Of a stretch of DNA of 64,000 nt, positions 22,569 through 35,889 are shown in pieces. The DNA is from Marsupella aquatica (lineage: Eukaryota > Plantae > Marchantiophyta): the NCBI GenBank assembly GCA_973895155.1, contig OZ316895.1, positions 8,234,184-8,298,183 of the forward strand. Direction: 5' to 3'. The notes below the pieces were generated by a model that was given only the letters and a program-made list of their open reading frames with translations, made no database searches and was not told the origin of the DNA. The position numbers were made by a program, and so were the translations under genes. How positions within the stretch are numbered: the stretch's first letter is position 1; each line of letters begins with the position of its first letter.

Positions 22569-25500
22569 TGTTGAACATAGACGACACTCGTAACGGTAAG
22601 CACATGACACATCCAACGCGCAAGTAGTTGACACAAGAGATACGTGGTTCACCTCCTCGAGGCTACGTCCACGGCCTCGAGGCTACGTCCACGGGAACAC
22701 ACAAGAGAGCTTTACTGAACTCTAAGCCCGTCGGCCATACCAAGTCTCCACAGTGTAAGCTCTCCTCATCTCTCAAGTGGCTCCATAACAATGAGCCTAA
22801 GTTCCACTTATCCAAGCAAACACCGCTTGGCATATAGTGTGCATCCTAGTTAACCTAACCACGTCTCCGACTATGGTTAGTCTAACTATGGTTACATGTC
22901 GTAACCCTAGATCTTGAGTAAATACCTAATAATCTCCCCCTTGACTCTGGTCTAGGGGAGGATAATACTGCTAACCTATATGATTCCTTAGCGGGAAGTT
23001 CTGCACGAAAACCAACATGGTTTTTCCTCTCTAACTAGAGCAAACCAGAACTAAGCCGTAGCCTATTACTAGGAGTGAAGAAGAGCATATATCAGTAATT
23101 ACAGCGAATGTTAAGAAAAAACCCTTACTTGTGAGGCAATTGCAAAACCTGCAGCACACCACGATGTCTAGAGAAACTTTATGAAGGAATTATTTTGGTA
23201 AATGCGTTAGCTGGGTTGAGTTTATCGTCTATCTTGACTAGCTCAAACAAATTATCAGACACAGCCTGCCTGATGAAATGGTACCTGACGTCTATGTGCT
23301 TCACTCTACTGTCCATCATCTGGTTCACAACAAGGTGGAGCGCACTTTGACTATCACAATGGAGCTTCACATTCCCCTGTGGCAATCCCATTTCAATGAT
23401 AAATCTATCCAACCAAATCGCTTCCTTCGCTGCTTCCGCTGCTGTAACATACTCCGCTTCTGTAGTAGACTGAGCAATACACTTATGCAAAGTAGACCTC
23501 CAACTTATGCATCCAACGCCAAGTGTGAACACGTACCTTGTTGTTGATCTCCTTTGGTCCAGATCTTGTCCATAGTCAGAATCTACATAGCCAATCAATG
23601 ATCTCGCATTCTTTGCATTTGCATCAAATAAAAGATCTTGATCCACGGTACCCTTCAAGTACCTGATAATCCACTTCACTGCTTCCCAGTGTACCTTCCC
23701 TGGATTCAACATGTACCTACTCACCTTGCCCATAGCCATGGCAAGATCAGGTCTAGTGCAAGTTATCAAATACATGAGACTTCTCATTGCCTTATCATAA
23801 GGAACCTTTGACATCAGCCCCTTCTCTATCCTATCTATGGGACAAAAAACTGATGACAATTTGAAGTGTGCAGCCAAAGGGGTACTTACTGGCTTACTAT
23901 CCCCCATGTTGAACCTAGCAATTACCTTCCTCGCATAACTGCTATGTGTCAACCATAGCTTACCAGCCTCCAAGTCCCTAGTGATCTCCATACCCAAAAT
24001 CCTCTTAGCTGGCCCTAGGTCCTTCATCTTAAACTTTGCACTAAGTAGTGCCTTAAGCTTAACAACCTCAGACCTATTCTTGGCAGCAATAAGCATATCA
24101 TCCACATAACGTACTAAAACAATGAACTCAAAGACAACATTCTTCATCGATTTCAAATATACACAAGGGTCAAACACACTCCTGTAAAAACCTTGTGACC
24201 AAATCCAATCGTAAAACCGCTTGTTCCACTGTCTTGGTGATTGCTTCAACCCATACAAGGATTTCAACAATGTGCAAACCAATTCCTCCTGTCCTCTCTT
24301 CATAAAACCTAGCAGCTGTCTCATGAAGATCACCTCTTCCAAGGTGCCATAGAGGAAAGCTGTGACAACATCCATCTGATCTAGCAGCAGGCCAAACATT
24401 ACAACAAGCACACACAATAGCCGTATTGTTGAGTACTTAGCAACTGGTGAGAAGACCTCATTGTAATCCACACATTTTTCCTGTGTGAATCCCTTGGCTA
24501 CCAACCTAGCCTTGTAGACCTTCGATCCACCTCCCATAGACTGATCCTTCAGCTTGTATATCCATTTATTGTCCACCACTTGCTGACCCTTAGGCAGCTT
24601 AACAAGCTCCCAAGTTTTGTTGTCCTTCAGTTACTACATATCCGTTTGCATTGTTGTAGTCCATTTTGCTTCTCCTTTGAAGCACTTGCCTCATGAAATG
24701 AAGAAGGTTCCCCTTCTTCCAAAATTAACGCATCACCCTCATTATCAGCTGAAAAATTGTCCTCTTGCAGTTGAGATGAATCAACCTACTGTCCGTACCT
24801 AGGAGAAGCGCGTACAGTGCGATTAGATGTTCTTCTAGCCGATGACTCCGGTTGATCTGCGTCTATCGTACAATTTGAAGCTCAACAACATCCACTTGTT
24901 GCTCACTAGCATCAACAAACTCCTCTTGTTCCTCTAGCACAAGAACCAGCTCCATGCTTGGAGCACCTCCCTCTCTCCGATCATGCACTTCATGATCAAT
25001 CTCCCTCTCAATGAGATCCAGGATAGGAGATTTCCTTTTGTTAGTACGGGAGACCTGAGTATTCTTCCCCTCCTTCAATAATCTGGATTCATTGAAGGAA
25101 ACATCCCTACTGACAACAAGCTTCTAGGCAATAGGATCTCATAGCCTATAGGCCTTCACACCACTCTGATATCCAAGAAAAATATATTTCTTGGACATAG
25201 GATCCAACTTAGTCCTACTTTGCTTTGGTGTGAGAGCATATGCATCACTTCCAAAAACTACCAAGCCATGATAGTCTACTTGCCGCTTATAACGCATTTC
25301 AAATGACGTTTTGAAATTGATTGCACTAGAAGGAGAAAGATTTACCAAATAAGTTGTAGTATTGATAGCTTCTGCCCAAAATTCATGTGGTAAACTTTAT
25401 TGGCTTAGCATACTCCATGACCGCTCCAATAGTGTTCAATTGAGCCTTTCAGCGTCACCATTCTACTGTGGAGTATAAACTGTGGTGAGATGGCGAGTTA

Positions 25501-28449
25501 TCCTCTATTCTACACAATACTCTTTAAATTCTATTGAAGTGTACTCCCCGCCATTGTCTGACCTCAGACTCTTCACCCTGGTATCCAAACACTTAACCGT
25601 GTTTCCCGTCAAATTCTCCACTTGGGCCTTCCACTTTGTAAAAATGGACAAGACATCAGACTTATGCGTCATGAAATAAATCCATACAAATCTCGAGTAA
25701 TCATCAATAAAGGATACATAGTACAATTTTCCAGAATATGAGGGAGTCGGGGATGGTCCCCACATGTCACTATGTATGTACTCAAGAACCGCTTTGGAAC
25801 GATGAGTTCCAACACCAAAAGCACAATGATGCTGCTTTCCAAAAATGCAATGCTCACAAAAATCCAATTTACAAGAATGCAAATCAGAAATGAGCCCATT
25901 TTTTTGCAAGATAACCAAACCCTTCTCACTCATGTGGCCTAGCCGTGAATGCCACAGTTGAGTCATTTTCTCATGAGACTTGGTTACATTGGCCTCTCCA
26001 CATAATGTATTGCCCTGTAGCACATACAAATTCTTTTGTCTGCTCCCCTTCAAAATCATTGTCTCTCCCAACATGACTTGAAGTTCATCATCAATTACTC
26101 GCCATTGATGACCATTTATATCCAACACACCGAGTGAAATCAAATTCTTACACATGCCAGGTACAAACCTTACTCCGGACATTGTGCACACAATGCCATC
26201 AAACATTTCAATCTTTACAGACCAAATACCCTCAACTCGACAGGAGTGATAATTTCCCATCAAAACTGAACCGTTTGACACAGAATAAGAATTGAAATAC
26301 TCGCGAATGTAACAAATGTGAAATGCGCAAGCACAATCAAGAATCCACATATCGTTTGCTCTCCTAGGTGATGTGCACAAGGCATACTCTTGGCTTCTCC
26401 ATCAACACTAGCCACATTGGCTGATAAAGATTCAATTGCCTTACCCTTACAATCCCTCTTAATGTGACCAACCTTGTGACACTTCCATCAAACTAGTGGC
26501 TTTCTCTCTTGGGACTTCCCCCTTGAAGCAAATCTCGTCCTAGATTTACTTTGTCCCTTGCCATTCATGCGTTGCTCGGGATGCCGTTGTGACCTCCCAC
26601 GATTCACATTCAAGGCAGCACCAGATGACGATGTTGTCTGGGCTTGATCCAATTTCTTCTGTGCATCATCTGACAGCAAAGAGCTTACCACCTCATTGTA
26701 TGAAATAGACTTTAGGTCTCTATACAAGAGAACCTACTTCAAACCCTGATAAGATGGGGGTAATGAGCTGAGAAAAAGCAAGGTCTTGTCCTCTTCTTCA
26801 ACACCCTTATCGAGATTAGATAAATCAATAGCTAGGCTGTCAAATTCATCCAAGTGATCCTGAAGCTTGTTCCCCTCTTTGAGCCTAAGGCTCATCAAGA
26901 GAGACTTCTTGTACAATCGGGTCTGATGCATTCTCCCGATAGTACTTTTCCCTTAGGGCTTTGAACAGAGATGCACAATCCGCGTAGTCATCCAATTTCT
27001 TGATGATATGTGGCTTCAGATAAAGCATCACCGCATTCACTGCAATTACTTGTTCCTGCCTCCACCTCTTGAGTAGAATCTCTTCCTCATCATCATACAT
27101 CTCTTGTGTAGAGAGAAGATGATCTAGGCTCATAGCACGAAGAACTCCTTTCACTTGCTTCTCCCAGAGCAAGTAGTCTGTACGCTCATCATACTTTTCC
27201 ACCTCAAACTTGACACCTTTGAACCTGGATGCCAAATTGACACCCGTCACGGCAAGGGCCCAAAAAATATTTCTTTCCAATGTGCGATGGAGGTAGAGAG
27301 AGAGAGAGAGAAATGGATTATTTTTTGAACAAAAAATTGGCCCGTAAGAAATCCAAAAATGCTTGTGGAAATCAAACAAAAAAAGCTTGCACCTAGTAAC
27401 GTACGAATTACGGTGAGGAATCAGAAACCGATATCAGTGGGTTGGAATGATTTGCGCACCCGCACTGTTTGCTAGTCAATCAATGGCAAAAGTTCAGAAC
27501 TCCTTCCTCCCGTGGAAAAAAATATCAATCTTGGACTCAAAACGATCACCTCTTCGTGATCTCTCCGTTCAGTCCAAGCACTTTACGTCTCTCCCTCCGA
27601 GTCAAGCACAACGACGAGAAACCCCTCTCAGGAAAAAGAAGACTCCATAGTCGGTCAGAAAATTAGAACACTTCTTTTGCTCATCCCGTCGCACACGGTA
27701 CTCACTTGGTAACAAATCAGCTACCAAAACAACAAGCTCGTCCAGATCTACAAGCGAAGCTATAGTATGTGACATCTCCTTTGCCGTAGAGCTCACACCG
27801 TAAAAAAAAAAAACTTTAGTCCCTCCAAAAAAACAAACAAACCGTCGAACACGAATGTTGCCAACTTTCTTCACAAATTCCAGAATGACTAAAACTTAGA
27901 TCTCTCCGCACCACGATCTCCGTTCAGTAATTTCTTTGCACCGTTAGAAAGCCCTCGCCCCGATCTATCTGCTGAGCCCATAAACTCCAAGTTCCATGCG
28001 ATGGAACTCCAGAAAATCCACCGACACTCAACGCTGGAAAAACCGTCACGAAATCCCGTCACGAATAATGTCACCTCCCAGGCATGCTCTGATACCAATT
28101 GTTGTTCAACATAGACGACACTCGTACGTAACGGTAAGCACATGACACATCCAACGCGCAAGTAGTTGACACAAGAGATACGTGGTTCATCTCCTCGAGG
28201 CTACGTCCACGGGAACACACAAGAGAGCTTTACTGAACTCTAAGCCCGTCGGCCATACCAAGTCTCCACAGTGTAAGCTCTCCTCATCTCTCAAGTGGCT
28301 CCATAACAATGAGCCTAAGTTCCACTTATCCAAGCAAACACCGTTTGGCATATAGTGTGCATCCTAGTTAACCTAACCATGTCTCCAACTACGGTTAGTC
28401 TAACTGCGGTTACATGTCGTAACCCTAGACCTTGAGTAAATACCTAACA
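22569..28449 (-). mobile_element. Full-length Ty1/Copia LTR retrotransposon (copy 1), decayed
   Basis: LTRs 28103-28449 (5') and 22569-22931 (3'), about 10 substitutions plus two small duplications. TSD CTCAC (22564-22568, 28450-28454). tRNA-iMet PBS (tggtatcagagc on minus) at ~28086-28097; PPT adjacent to 22932. Domain order gag-PR-INT-RT-RH. Confidence 0.96.
23125..27250 (-). pseudogene. Copia gag-pol of copy 1, broken by stops and frameshifts
   Basis: Fragments: gag KYDERTDYLLWEKQVKGVL and LSSLPPSY; protease WILDCAC; GAG-pre-integrase LWHSRLGH..CEHC; integrase HSDMWG and SDNGGEY; RT YKARLVAKGFTQ, SLYGLKQSPRQW and YVDD; RNase H GYVDSD, TTEAEY and HCDSQSA. Confidence 0.92.
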
Positions 28450-29329
28450 CTCACAACTGAGACAACGTCCATGGGAAAGCAAGAGACCTTTACTTCTCTC
28501 TTGCTCCACTCCAACAATGAACTGAAGATCCACCATGGGCTGGCATCAGCCTTGGTTATATAAGCATGCATCACTGCTAACCTCAGCTAAGTCCTAACCT
28601 GAGTTAGCCTAACTACGGTTAGCCCTAGAGTCACAAGACTAAGAGAAATACTCAACATGGCATTGGGATTTAAGCAAGTGAAAACATTTTCAAACTAATA
28701 AAACAAACCAAAGAATGCAAAAGCAGTAGCCATTGGCTAGTCTCAAGGCTCCTTTTTCTCCACTTTTAATAAATTAGTGTTTTCCCGCCCCCAAAGGTCT
28801 TATATCCTGTTGCGCTGGGTTTGGATTTTGGGCTCAGTTTCCTTAGAAAGCAAGACTCGTTAACCACCAACATTGACCAGCAAATTGCTAGACGTCTGTC
28901 TGGAAATTGTCAACAAAGGAGCAAAACATCCACCAATTGAGATGAATATATAGGAGGAACGGCTAGGAGAAGAACATAGCGAAACTTGGTAAGATAAAAT
29001 GGGTATTCAGTGATTTGTCTTCACTACAAGCTATGACTGCTACAGGTCAAACTAATCTATAAGTTCTCAGGAAATTCTGAGTCTGAGTAGTTTCCACCTC
29101 TGGAATGTCTGGCAATTATTATTGTTGACACAAAATAATGCATCATAGCAATAATATGAACTGTAATAGATGGCCCGTAAATACAGACTGTTGTATGAAA
29201 TGATGCCTAGACACCATAGTACGCGTCTCACAAATTAAATTGGTCACAGATTGTAACCTGTTCACCATCCATGTACCTCTAATTCTCTTGCAAGTATGTA
29301 AACTAGTCTTCCTAAATCTGCAAGCAGCT

Positions 29330-30440
29330 CCCGTCTCCTATTGGTTAAGCATGTATTTCAGGCAATTCCATTTTACCACATGATGGTTTTACGATCTCCT
29401 ACTGTATCAGCTAAGAAATTGACAACCTTGAGTAGATGCTTTCTATGGGGTACCAACAGGGAAGGAGGGAAGATAATTCCTCTGGTGGCTTGAGAAGATG
29501 GCTCCTTTGGGAAGCTATCATACATTGGTCAGCTTAATTTGGAGTGCATGAGCACAAGTGAGGGAGCAACTGGTTTTTAGGCTTGGCAGTGAGGCTATCC
29601 CAGGAATTGGAGTGTGGAGGACCTAATCCCTTGCATGCAAAACTTTTCTACTTTCCTCAGAGGAGCCATAGTTGAGATCACTAAGATATATGGCCACTTT
29701 GGCATTAAAAAAATTGGTGATTTTTGGTGCCCTGCAGAGAATGCTTGGAAGGAGTTGGGTGATAAGATGAACCGGCTAAGAGGACTGAGACCAGGGAATC
29801 AAATCTCTACTTATCATTTATTGGAGCTGCACATTACAATGTTTCACAGATGCTCCTTTGTTTCCTCGCTAGGCAGTGGCATTGGCTGGATAAGGATGTT
29901 GAGATCAATGTTTCAGTTTACCCAACACTAGGGTCTATGGGATGCTGTGACCCAAGGGATCCAACCATCCTAGGCTCAACATGATTTGGGGTGTTGCTAT
30001 TTCAGCGGATGAGTGGAGCAAGGTATGGAGAATTGTTTGGATAGCCAATTTCTCCACTAGGGCTAAACTTTGTTTTGGAGGATCCTTGCACAAGGCCTCT
30101 TTTCTGGATCTAGGGCTATGAGAATTGCCAAGTCAATTGGTGTTTGAATTGAATGGCTGACTAAGTGTTTCTTCCGGTAGACTGACCCCTTGCTACCCCG
30201 ACTGCCTATTTATGGCTGACTACTTTATGACTGGATGATGCTCAGATTAGTAGAGGACAGACTGCTTTAAGTTTTTGGAACCTGATTTACCTTCTGGTAC
30301 CATTGTTGGACTTACTTAATTAGGAAAAGGTGAGGCCTTGCTGGCCCTCTCCTTGCTGTTTTGTTCTTTCTCTTGCCCCCCAAGGCCTTTTTTCCCTTTG
30401 GCCTGGTGGTCCCCCATCCATGGAGTTCACGCAAATCCAT
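29330..30440 (+). mobile_element. Degenerate L1-type LINE relic (post-RT region, zf-RVT-like motif, probable 3' end)
   Basis: 29341-29500 reads LVKHVFQAIPFYHMMVL...LSRCFLWGTNREGGKIIPLVA*E; ~30014-30125 reads WSKVWRIVWIANFSTRAKL/FWRILAQGLFSGSRAM. Both are typical plant LINE ORF2 motifs. Confidence 0.7.
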
Positions 30441-31888
30441 AAAGTACGCAAGCAATTAGACATGGAGTGGCTGCCATTTTCAAGTCCATTGACAACCTTA
30501 GTTCTGATTAATAACTTGAAGAATGTATGGTTGCTCTATTCTCTCGAGTCCCCTACAAAAGTGTTGAATTCTCTAGAGCCTTACATTAGGTCAAACGTAC
30601 GCATGCCTTAGGTCAGGCCCAAGATTTCCAGATGCTGAAATCTCAGCAATCCAAAGTTTGCAAATGGGAAAGTTCACTCCTCTATGCCACTTAGGTACGT
30701 CCAGGAGCTCCCAAATGTGTGCTTGGTGGCAGGAGTGTGTGACTTTTGTTTGGCTTTTGGTAGACTTATCTTGTTTTCATTTTGTTTGCCTCCTTTGATA
30801 GATATTTTACAAGATGGGCCCAAAAGAAAACACCACACCTGGGAGTGGTGTTTGTTCTAGACCTTGGCCTCATTTTCCTGAATCTTAGGCTTCCCTATAT
30901 TAGGCCTCCCTTTAAGGGTTGGGTAATGAAGGTTGCAAATCAGATTGGAGGTTAAATGACCAGTGAACAAGTGAGATACCAGCCCACACAATTATAACCA
31001 GGGCACACAATCATAGAGGGGCATCGAGATATTGAAAGAGCGCCTGATCTAAACACTGCAACATGTGATTCTGTTTGTTTCCTTCATGGTCTGTTATGAA
31101 ATGACATTTGAAGGGGAAGATTCCTTGGCTGTTTGGTTATGGTTGCAGTTTCTGGGAGTGATCCTCAGATGGACCAAAATGGGACACCTGGTGCCCCTTT
31201 TTGTCATTCTGATGACCATCCTCCCTAGTGCTTGCACTCTATGGCACCCCCCAACAGCATTCAGCTTCTCTCCCCCCTCCTTGAAATCTAGTCAGATGCA
31301 AATGGGGAACTTATGTGGATGGCCTGCTAGTAGATGGCAGATCGGCATGAGGTGGACAAAAATATGGGGAGAAAGAGTTTCTGCCCTTTCACCTCCTGCC
31401 ATGCTGGTCGGCAGGGTGGGTTGCGGAAGGGAGAAATGAGGAAAAAAGGAGAAGGGAGGAAGGGAAAAGAGCTAGGGGCAGGGAGGGGCGGAATGGAGAC
31501 AGGGAACAAACAAGGGGGATTGAGAGCTGCACAAAGGGGCGCTGATGTTTCTGTTGTGCCCAACACCCTTTCTTTGCCTTGGCCTCACCTCATTTCTTTC
31601 CCCGGATCTTGCAAATTCCCACACTGATCTTTCATTTCATTCAACAATGCAAACGTCATGTGACAACAACATTTCCACAATGCAGACAGTTTTCATGGTG
31701 ACACAATTTAAGGAACAACATACTTTTCACGAGTACGACATTTGGACCACATTGAGAGGGGCTGCACTGGCTACACTATATGGAAATGTAATTCAAAACC
31801 AAAAGTTGATTTGTTTTAAAGTTTTGCTTGTCCATTATATACCATTCTACTACCAAGACAACATTGGTACCTACAGGAACACTCATTC

Positions 31889-32014
31889 CATTTCATAGGG
31901 TAGAATAGTTACCCATACCAATCACCAGGAGCGCTCATTTTATCGGGTAGAATACCCATACCAGTCACCAGGAGCGCTCATTTCACAGGGTAGAATATCG
32001 ACACCAGTCACCAG
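31889..32014. repeat. Tandem repeat ~42-48 bp, 3 copies (gggtagaata..ccataccagtcaccaggagcgctcattt)
   Basis: Direct reading. Confidence 0.75.
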
Positions 32015-33536
32015 TCAGTCCTGACCTCTGGGCGGAGAACACCACTGTTCACTCTCCATTGTTTTGTGCTTTATCAAGTGCTGTGGAATATTTGGCTCAC
32101 ACACAATATTCAGATCTTTGAGTTCACACGAAGAAGGATCTTTAATCAAGTGCTGGTAATCTCTGAGACACTCGGCCATCTCACTGCGGTCGCTGCGGCT
32201 GTTGGCTCTACACAAAGACAACTGAGATTATCTGGTGCAAAGGATCTCTTGAACGCAATCAGTTACTGAGAAGTCGGGTTGCTTGTGTAGAATCACTCTC
32301 ATGTGACACTCTCGTGTAGGGTAGGTTTAAAAAGATTGGTGCTGCTGGGCTGTGTAACCCCAGACACCGGGGTTACACTTGAAGGGGACGCATCTGCTCC
32401 CCTTCAGTGCCTTTGGTGGTGACCTTAGGTCTTGCTTTTTGGTACTGCCTGCCTAGTGATGAGGATGACTTTCGGCAGGTCCCGGTCATCTCCTTGTTTG
32501 TCTGGGTTCCCCACGCACTCTCTCAGGCTTTTCTCTTGTTTCCTTTCCCATTGTGGCTCTTTTGCCTTTTGGCCTGTGGGGTCCCCCATCCATGGGGTTC
32601 ATGTGGAATAAATCTGTTTTAAAAATTAAAAAGTAGAAAAATATATTTTAGGGGGAGTTATTAATTACATTCAATCTGCCCTCATAGGGGTTCATTCCAT
32701 CTTGAAGACGATGCTACGTACAAAGGCACCCACCATAGAGAATTGAAATTCGGATCTCATTTGTGTCATTGTCATTGCTAATCAATAGACGACGGAGTTT
32801 ATTGATATTCTTAGGAGAAAACAGTGTGTAAATAATTTATATGGAAACCTGGGTTACCAGGTCCATTGGAGGGCTCAATGTCCTAGGAGAATTTGTTTTT
32901 AACATCAAAATATATTGACTTGGCTCAAAATTCTAGGAAGATGTATTTAGCTTTACGTTGTAGAACAGTTGGAGGGGCTCAAATGACAAGATGAAACATT
33001 TGTTTATTTGCTTAGATTAAACAAATTCAATTCAATTCTTTATTTGATATAATTCAATTATTTTCTTAGATTAAAAATCAATTAAATTATTTATTTGATA
33101 TAATTCAGTTTTTTATTTTTATGCTTAAGATAGCACTTGTATGTATGACGTTATAATAGATTAAAATTATAGTGAAGTTTGCAGGTGCCAAAGACAGTAA
33201 GAGTTTTAGTAGGTTCCATTTTAATGAATAGTATTGCATGATCATTTTTGAGCTTTAGTATTTTGTCATGTAGCAATTAAAGCGACAATGATTCTTTCTT
33301 AATGATATGAATTAAGAAACACATTATTCCTGAAGGGAACGATATTTTCTCCCAAAGATATCGATATATCCAAATACAGGAATATAGAGACTGGAGGTCT
33401 AGAGTCAAGGCGACATTCCGGGCCCTGGGGATAAACTACAGAAAATAGTTGGGACCAAATTTCAAGGTATTGTTATTTTGAGGGGACCTTTTATTTTTTT
33501 AAGACTGAGATCTAAAATGGGAAGAACCCCTTGCTG

Positions 33537-34938
33537 GAGGGATATGCTCAATAGACCCCCTCCTGGAGATAGTTTGTTTGATCAACCCCCTGGAAACATT
33601 TTGCCCCAATTAACCTCCTCTTTATGATCCATACCCTTTGTTCTTCTATAAGTTATTATAGAGTGAGTTTCTGTCTTACAAAGACCAAATTGGATCACTT
33701 GTCACTGTAGCCATTTCAACCACCAACCATGCTCAAAATCACAGTGACCGAGCGTTGTCACGCTGCAACCGTTCCCGGGCCGCAAACTGAACCGTAAGCG
33801 TTGAATGTTTGCACCGCTTATACATCGACATTAGGGTTATTCTCATGCAAAGACATTGACATGAAGACATTGACATGACTGTCTTCGCTTTATAAACATC
33901 ATTCCACATTTTTTTGATATCCTCCCATTCTGTTTTTCTTGTCCATGCTCGAACGGTGACGACTTCTCAGCGGCTTTTCACGAGGCGCATGGTTCACATG
34001 TACAACTGATCGAAGTGAGGTTTAAGGAATCATGGGAGGATATCAAAAAAATGCCCTTAACCCTAAATACCCCTTCATATGGAGAGTTTCGATCTATAAT
34101 TTAATTGGTAGTGTTCTACCATGATTCAATCATGGTTGGTATGAATGCACTGTTTGGAAAGACATTGTGGACATTATCTTCCCACCACACTTAGCATTGT
34201 CTTCTCACCTAAATTCAATTTGCAATTAGTGATAGATAGTGGTCCCCTATTAACATTTCATTGGCTGGGTTTTGTATTGTAAGACCTGATTATTATTTAC
34301 TCTTGGGTTGTTTCCCTTTCATGTGATTGTCTTACTACTTTATAGCCCTGGTTTTTGCTGAGTGGATTCATATCAACCATGATTGAATCATGATCGGACA
34401 TTACCAATTAAATTATAGAAACTCTCCATATGAAGGGGTATTTAGGGTTTTTTATATCCTCCCATTCCTTAAACCTCACTTCAGTTGTACATGTGAACCA
34501 TGCCCCTCGTGAAAAGCCACTGAGAAGTCGTCACTGTTTGAGCGTGGATAAGAAAAACAGAATGGAAGGATATCAAAAAAATGCGGAATGATGTTTATAA
34601 AGTGAAGACATTCATGTCAATGTCTTCGCATGAGAATAACCCTAATGTCGATGTATAAGCGGCACAAACGTTCAACGCCTACAGTTCAGTTTGGCCTGGG
34701 AACGGTTGCGGCTTCACAATGCTCGGTCACTGTGATTCTGAGCATGGTTCGTGGTTGAAATGGCTACAGTGACAAGTGACCCAATTTGGTCTTTATAAGG
34801 CAGAAACTCACTCTATAATAACTTATAGAAGAACAAAGGGTACGGATCATAAAGAGAGGGTCGATTGAGGCAAAAATGTTTCCAAGGGGTTGATCAAGCA
34901 ATATATCTCCAGGAGGGGATCTATTAAGTATATCCGTC
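33537..34938. mobile_element. Non-autonomous Mutator-like/foldback element with ~0.6 kb terminal inverted repeats
   Basis: Arm 33537-~34151 is the reverse complement of ~34361-34938, with ~210 bp spacer. Flanking direct repeat CCCCTTGCTG at 33527-33536 and 34939-34948 (8 bp if the ends are drawn 1 bp wider). No transposase ORF. Confidence 0.85.
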
Positions 34939-35889
34939 CCCCTTGCTGGGTCCAACCAACAAAAACAAACCCAAAACATAAGCAGCATTTTGCCTTGCTT
35001 GCTTGCTTGCTCGTGATGGGCCACAACCAGCGAATTTTCGTAGGCACCTTCAATTAGATATAGTTTTATAGAAAACCCTGTTAGCAGGTACCTTCATAGG
35101 AAACACATACATGTCGGAAAAACCTTATTACCAAGCTGCACAGTCTTTTACACAACTACTTTCCATAAATATGCATCACCAACGTAATGGGAGCACCAAT
35201 TGCATGCAACTGACTTCCACCAGTTTAGTTGTTAGCCGTGCCAAAACAACGATGGCGTGGTACCTTACCCACCACCAGGGACAGACCAGCAGTATCTTGA
35301 AAATTCCATGTTCCAACCAACCACCAAACAAATAAATTAATTATTATAATGGGCCCTCCAACCCAGAAAAAAAAAAGACCCCACTGGCCCACTCAAATCA
35401 TTGAGCCAAGGATGCTGTCGTGTAGACTGGGTTCCTTGCCCATCAAGGCGGGTAGACTGCACACCCACACTCCCACTGGTTGGGTAGGGATGGCCCAGAT
35501 GTTGGCCCCCCCCCCCCCTTTGCCAATGCACTCTGCAAGTGACACCTAGAAGAGAGGCTGGTTAGTGAACGAGAAACTCATGTCAGTCTTCCTCATGTGC
35601 TTTTGCAGTTGTAAATCAAACTTACTGGTGTGTAAGGATTTTTGGAGGTCCCTGTTGCATCCATACTCTCATGCCCAGAAAGTCCAACTTGTTAACTCTT
35701 TACTACATTATATTTACTTACCATAAGGATGGCCTAGGCTGGGAATTCAGACTGAAACCTGTTCCCAAATTGCTCAAAAAAAGTTTCCAATTGTCTCTGG
35801 TCAGCGTTTGTTCATTTTCTGGTCACAAGAATACAGCCTACTGGTAGTAATAACCCTATGCCCAGACCATCCATATCCTATATGTCGTG

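Larger units (their letters stand above)
22481..28657 (-). mobile_element. Copia solo LTR (~291 bp) split by a nested element; pieces 22481-22568 and 28455-28657
   Basis: TGTTG...CAACA termini, near-perfect TSD TAGCA (22476-22480) / TGGCA (28658-28662). The rejoined sequence aligns with the LTR of the inserted element (tagttgatacagcgagtacatgattcacctc...acgtccatgggaaagcaagagacctttact vs tagttgacacaagagatacgtggttcacctc...acgtccacgggaacacacaagagagctttact). Confidence 0.75.

Noticed and set aside
27602-27874. Similar ORFs (MKKVGNIRVRRF...) in both Copia leaders, also 49532-49888
   Set aside because: Non-ATG starts and different ends; explained by nucleotide similarity of the leaders rather than a conserved extra gene.
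31889-32014. Three spaced direct repeats as a mini-CRISPR array
   Set aside because: The intervening sequences are themselves similar, so this is an ordinary tandem repeat.
32446-32480. C-box (GTGATGA) inside a short stem as a C/D snoRNA
   Set aside because: Too short, no proper D box or guide, and it lies in a retroposon-like tail.
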